Shown here: one piece after another, positions 59,869 to 64,000 of the stretch
Layout: the number at the start of each line of letters is the position of its first letter
Position numbering within the stretch: the first letter of the stretch is position 1
Assembly: GCA_977030845.1 (NCBI GenBank)
Contig: OZ365115.1
Coordinates: forward strand, 20,956,001 to 21,020,000
Reading direction: 5' to 3'
From: Fimbriosthenelais zetlandica
Lineage: Eukaryota
DNA: 64,000 bases
Notes under the pieces: generated by a model
What the model was told of the DNA's origin: nothing
Seen by the model: only the letters and a program-made list of their open reading frames with translations
Databases searched by the model: none
Translations under genes and position numbers: made by a program

Positions 59869-62800
59869 TTGCAGCTTGCTTTGGATTTACATGACCCCTT
59901 GGCTTTACCATCAGTTATTATACCCAGGACAATATACCCGTAACCTTACCCGACTAATACACTGTTTATTAGGAACTATTTAAAAAAACTCGAAACACTA
60001 TCTCTTCTTTAAGAGAATGCACTATATAAAACAATACTACCAATACATCATTGGTAAGACGATACAAATGTCTCATAAGTTTTCCTTTATTATTTATTTT
60101 TTATCCGTTCTGCATTCACCCTCACCCCTTGCCCCTTTAATATGAAGTTTGAAATTTGCCAAACGACACACCGGGGCTTACATGAGCCACTGACTAATGG
60201 AAAATAAAAATTATAATCCCTTTTTTTATGACTATATTGGGCCCAGTCGTTCTCATTATAGTAGGATTATCTATTCAAGGATGAGGTATCCTGACGTATT
60301 GTTTTACACTTACATAACTCCACCTTTTCTCATAATTCATTTTCTTCTTTCTTTTTCTATACTTTTTACCCATCTCATGTACATCATTGCCTTTCAATGT
60401 TGATGAAACGTAAAAGGCATTGGCATTGTATTTCACTTCCAGCACGATTTGCTATTACTTTCTCATAAGACCAAACAAATATGTATGTGTATATTGTGGC
60501 GACTCAGCATTCGAAGAAAAAAATCTGTATTCACGTGACTACTCACAGGATGTTTTTAAGTCCTTGCAGATTGTGAAACAGAAAAAAGACTACAATCAGG
60601 ATAATACGAGGCATTGAAAATACAGCCATACTAGAATCATTTTGTATGATCTCTAACAGGTAAAGAAACCACAATCAAGTTGCCTGGATTTTATCAATAC
60701 CTGATCATTGGTGTATAGACATAGTGGGGTGGGGGCAGATTGAGAACCTAATAGAGAGAACACATACAAGGCCTTTTGTTTAAAAATAATCCCTTTTTCG
60801 ATTGGTTCTTCAAAGGGTGCTACTGGGTGGGGCAGATTTCCCTTAGTCGCAGTTCAGTGAAGAGGATATGCAGACTATTGTTCTTCTCACAGGTTCAGTA
60901 TAGTGCACAGTTTCATGTTAACTTCATGTTGTCCATGGAATAACATTACACCTTAATGATATTCAACACTATCTATTTCTCTTGGGAGAGGCCTTATGTC
61001 TTTCACACCTGAAAGGTTTTCTGAGTTTGTAAATGTCCATTGTTTCACTACAAAGTGTAACGCTCCGTCAGGCCCAGATCTATGCATAATCAAATGAAGG
61101 TAACATATTAATAAAGCTTTTACTCCGTGCTTTGTCCCTTTTGTTACCAGTTCTCTTCATTTTGATCCCATATCCAACATAATTACGTTCCCTTTTGAAT
61201 CAAATTACAACACTGAATTCACACAAATATGATAATAACACGATCCAGAATGGCTCAGGAATTTACACACAACTCCCTGAATTGCGAATTAGGACCACGT
61301 CTTTTTGCCAGCTCGACTACTAATTTTTAATTGTCTCTTCATGTTAGGACCGGTTAATTTCTCATGACAGCTCTTGTAAATAATACATAATCAAATGTGA
61401 ACCTTATTTTATCAATGCAATGTCTAAAGTTATCTCCAAATCCTAAGTTTCTAGGCGGGGGAAGCCCAAAATTGGATCATAATTGCCCTTCCTCCTCTCT
61501 AGGTCCTTGTTACACGATCCCATCCCATCCAGTAATTAAATCTTGGCAAGGCCTGACGCCATATATCATTAAGGCGAGTGAAATATAATACAAGGGGACA
61601 TGGCCTATGACTGAGCCTGCCCATTGAGTTCTGGGGCCTTACAAACAGGGCCAAATTATAGAAAGAACTTTCAATGAATTTCGTGACAGGCAGGCTTATA
61701 GGCAGGTAAGGCCAAGCCAGTACAACATGCGTTTGACAAAGGTTTTTAGGTCATGCAACGCTCAGTGTTTTCTTGAATGCTTATGAAGTCGCTTAATTCA
61801 GTATATCCCGTCTGTTAAAATATTTTCCAAACCTTCGTTTACCCAACTTTCGAACAGTACTCAAAAACAATATAATTATAAATACGCTGTTTGCCGATTT
61901 CCGCAGAATGAGGAACTTTAGGCTAGACAGGGAGGTGTCTCATGTTTCCCAAGATTTCCACTGCATTACATAAAGCTATCCTACAGACCTTCGCCTTCCC
62001 TTATAGAGGTGAGCTGCTCAGGGCAAAACATGCGATACCCTCCTCCCTATTGTTGCATGAGAATTATTACTTTGACTCGCTCACAAAATCAGGCTACTTT
62101 TTAGGCAACTCTTACTTCACATAGAAATTGTGCGTTCCTGATACAATGGGAAGATGAAACCAATTCAGAATGAAGGGAGCCAGATGTAGCCAGTATTTAT
62201 CTGCATTTCGGCGCAGGCTATTGTCCCTGTCCGATTTTCTTTCCCTGATAGATTTTAAGATTGTGATTGATTCATGATGCTGCTGAATAGTTTTTATACC
62301 TTTAATTTTATGGTGTAGTGCCCTATGGCAAAGTCCTGATTCGAATGTACATATATAGCTGTCTCCTTGACAATGGAGTCGTATTCGATTGTATTTTTTT
62401 GTTTATCGAGTGAATTATGAAACTTTTAGGATACTAAATCATCATATTGAATGAAATGAGAATAAAGGGGATTGTAACATTCATGTGAATAATAAGATTG
62501 AAAAGAGATTTGGGTAGAGATTTGGATGCATGGATTTGTTAAATGTTGCATGCATTGATGTGTTGATCAATGCATCAAAGGAAGAATGGGTCATATATTA
62601 GTGTTTCTTACTTAACCCTTCAAAGTTCTATGACATAGATCAATTATCTTCAATAGGTCCCATTCGAGTATACCAATTAATTATAAGTTCTCAAACGAAA
62701 GTCTACAACAGATGGTGCCAGTAAATTAATTCTCAAAGTTAAATCCTCTTGAAAGACCGTTTTACATTTAAATATTTTAGAACATTGTTATCCTAAGAAC

Positions 62801-64000
62801 AATTTAAATTTGAATTCTACAAATAGTCATTAATCAAATACTACATGGCCAGTCAGTGACAGATTTAGCTGGTGCGTTTCCAAGGATCCAAGGTCATAAA
62901 ATGTCACATCTGATACAACGGGGCCACACGCGGGACCATAATGCATGTAAATTCAAAATACAAGCCAGGAGAATCCCAAAATGGGCAGGACCCAGTTTAA
63001 CAACTGTCTATTAATGATTCTATCATGATTATGTATGTATATGTGTACATGTATTCAGTTTCATACACTGACCATGCAAGTCACCCCCTTGTTTTACTAT
63101 ATATATATAATGGGGTGACAATAGACATTGCGTTGTTATAAAACCATATATAAATTTGATTGGAGATGATTATTATAAGTATTTATTAAGTATTTATATA
63201 ACGCAAGGGTTGTATTGTGACTGTATGGTTTACCCCTCCCAGATACTCGACAGCCAAAAAGAAGTTTTTCCGATGACATTACTCATTATATTTTAATTAT
63301 TGTTGCAAGTGTCATCCTTGAAATTAATCCATTGCCAGATACCAGGAAAAAGGGACACTGAATTGACCATTCATGCAGATTCTACTGAGTCATTAATTAC
63401 TGCATTCTGAACACTGATAGACGTTAGAATGATGAGTGTCATGCATTTAGGCCTGATAGCAGAGCTTTTGTCAGGGTTTACAAATGGTCAGGCAAACTAA
63501 TGGCATAAATTGAGAGGTAAAGAATGAAGGGCGGGGTGGGGGAGTTATGATGGCTCATCGTTCCACCTGTTGCCCGGGATCGTCAGATAAATAGAGGCTA
63601 AGTAAATTGTCAGAGCGGGACCATCACAGCTGCAGAATTTATACATCACTTTCTTGTATGTCCATGTATTTAGAACAGCCAAAATCCATGCATTTTGGTG
63701 CTGTATAATAATATAAGATAGTATCCACTCGATGTGAGGCAAAAAAATCATTTATAATAATTTTTGCCATGAATAACATCAATAGGAATACCGGTATATT
63801 TGTTCTTTTCCATATTAATTTTGTAGTTGTATGTCACAGGATTATTAAGGAAAACCGAAAAATACCACTTGCAAAAAAAGTAATTTGAATCAGGTCTTAA
63901 TGCACGTAAACCCCTAAAGGGGGCAGTGGCGTTCAATATCAACAGAACGTACTTGCAAGAAGTCGATGGGACCTCGGGGAAAGATGCCTCATTCCTCGAG

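Overview
Eukaryotic, AT-rich invertebrate genomic DNA; a bilaterian, and probably a protostome (lophotrochozoan-like), judged from the zinc-finger subtype and the SINE type. It is not prokaryotic: I found no operon, CRISPR array, rRNA or true tRNA. The one well-supported protein-coding gene is a + strand, six-finger C2H2 transcription factor of the rotund/squeeze/LIN-29 (vertebrate ZNF362/ZNF384) family. It is assembled from exons 2910/2933-3169, 9756-10019 and 11142-11891, giving 416 aa from the ATG at 2933; a further 5' exon may exist. The remaining ~50 kb has no coding exon I can support and looks like a regulatory desert. It holds an intact tRNA-headed SINE with a 13-bp target-site duplication, three palindromic elements, a 16 x 23-bp minisatellite, an orphan CpG-rich promoter-like segment, and clustered motifs (CRE arrays, PBX/MEIS decamers, nuclear-receptor DR1/DR2, YY1/Pho sites, G4 motifs). 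I do not see a clearly new biological system. The best leads are the finger-modular exon layout, an unusual Ser-to-Cys change in a recognition helix, the unassigned palindromic elements and the orphan promoter. All motif calls are by eye and untested; no database searches were run.
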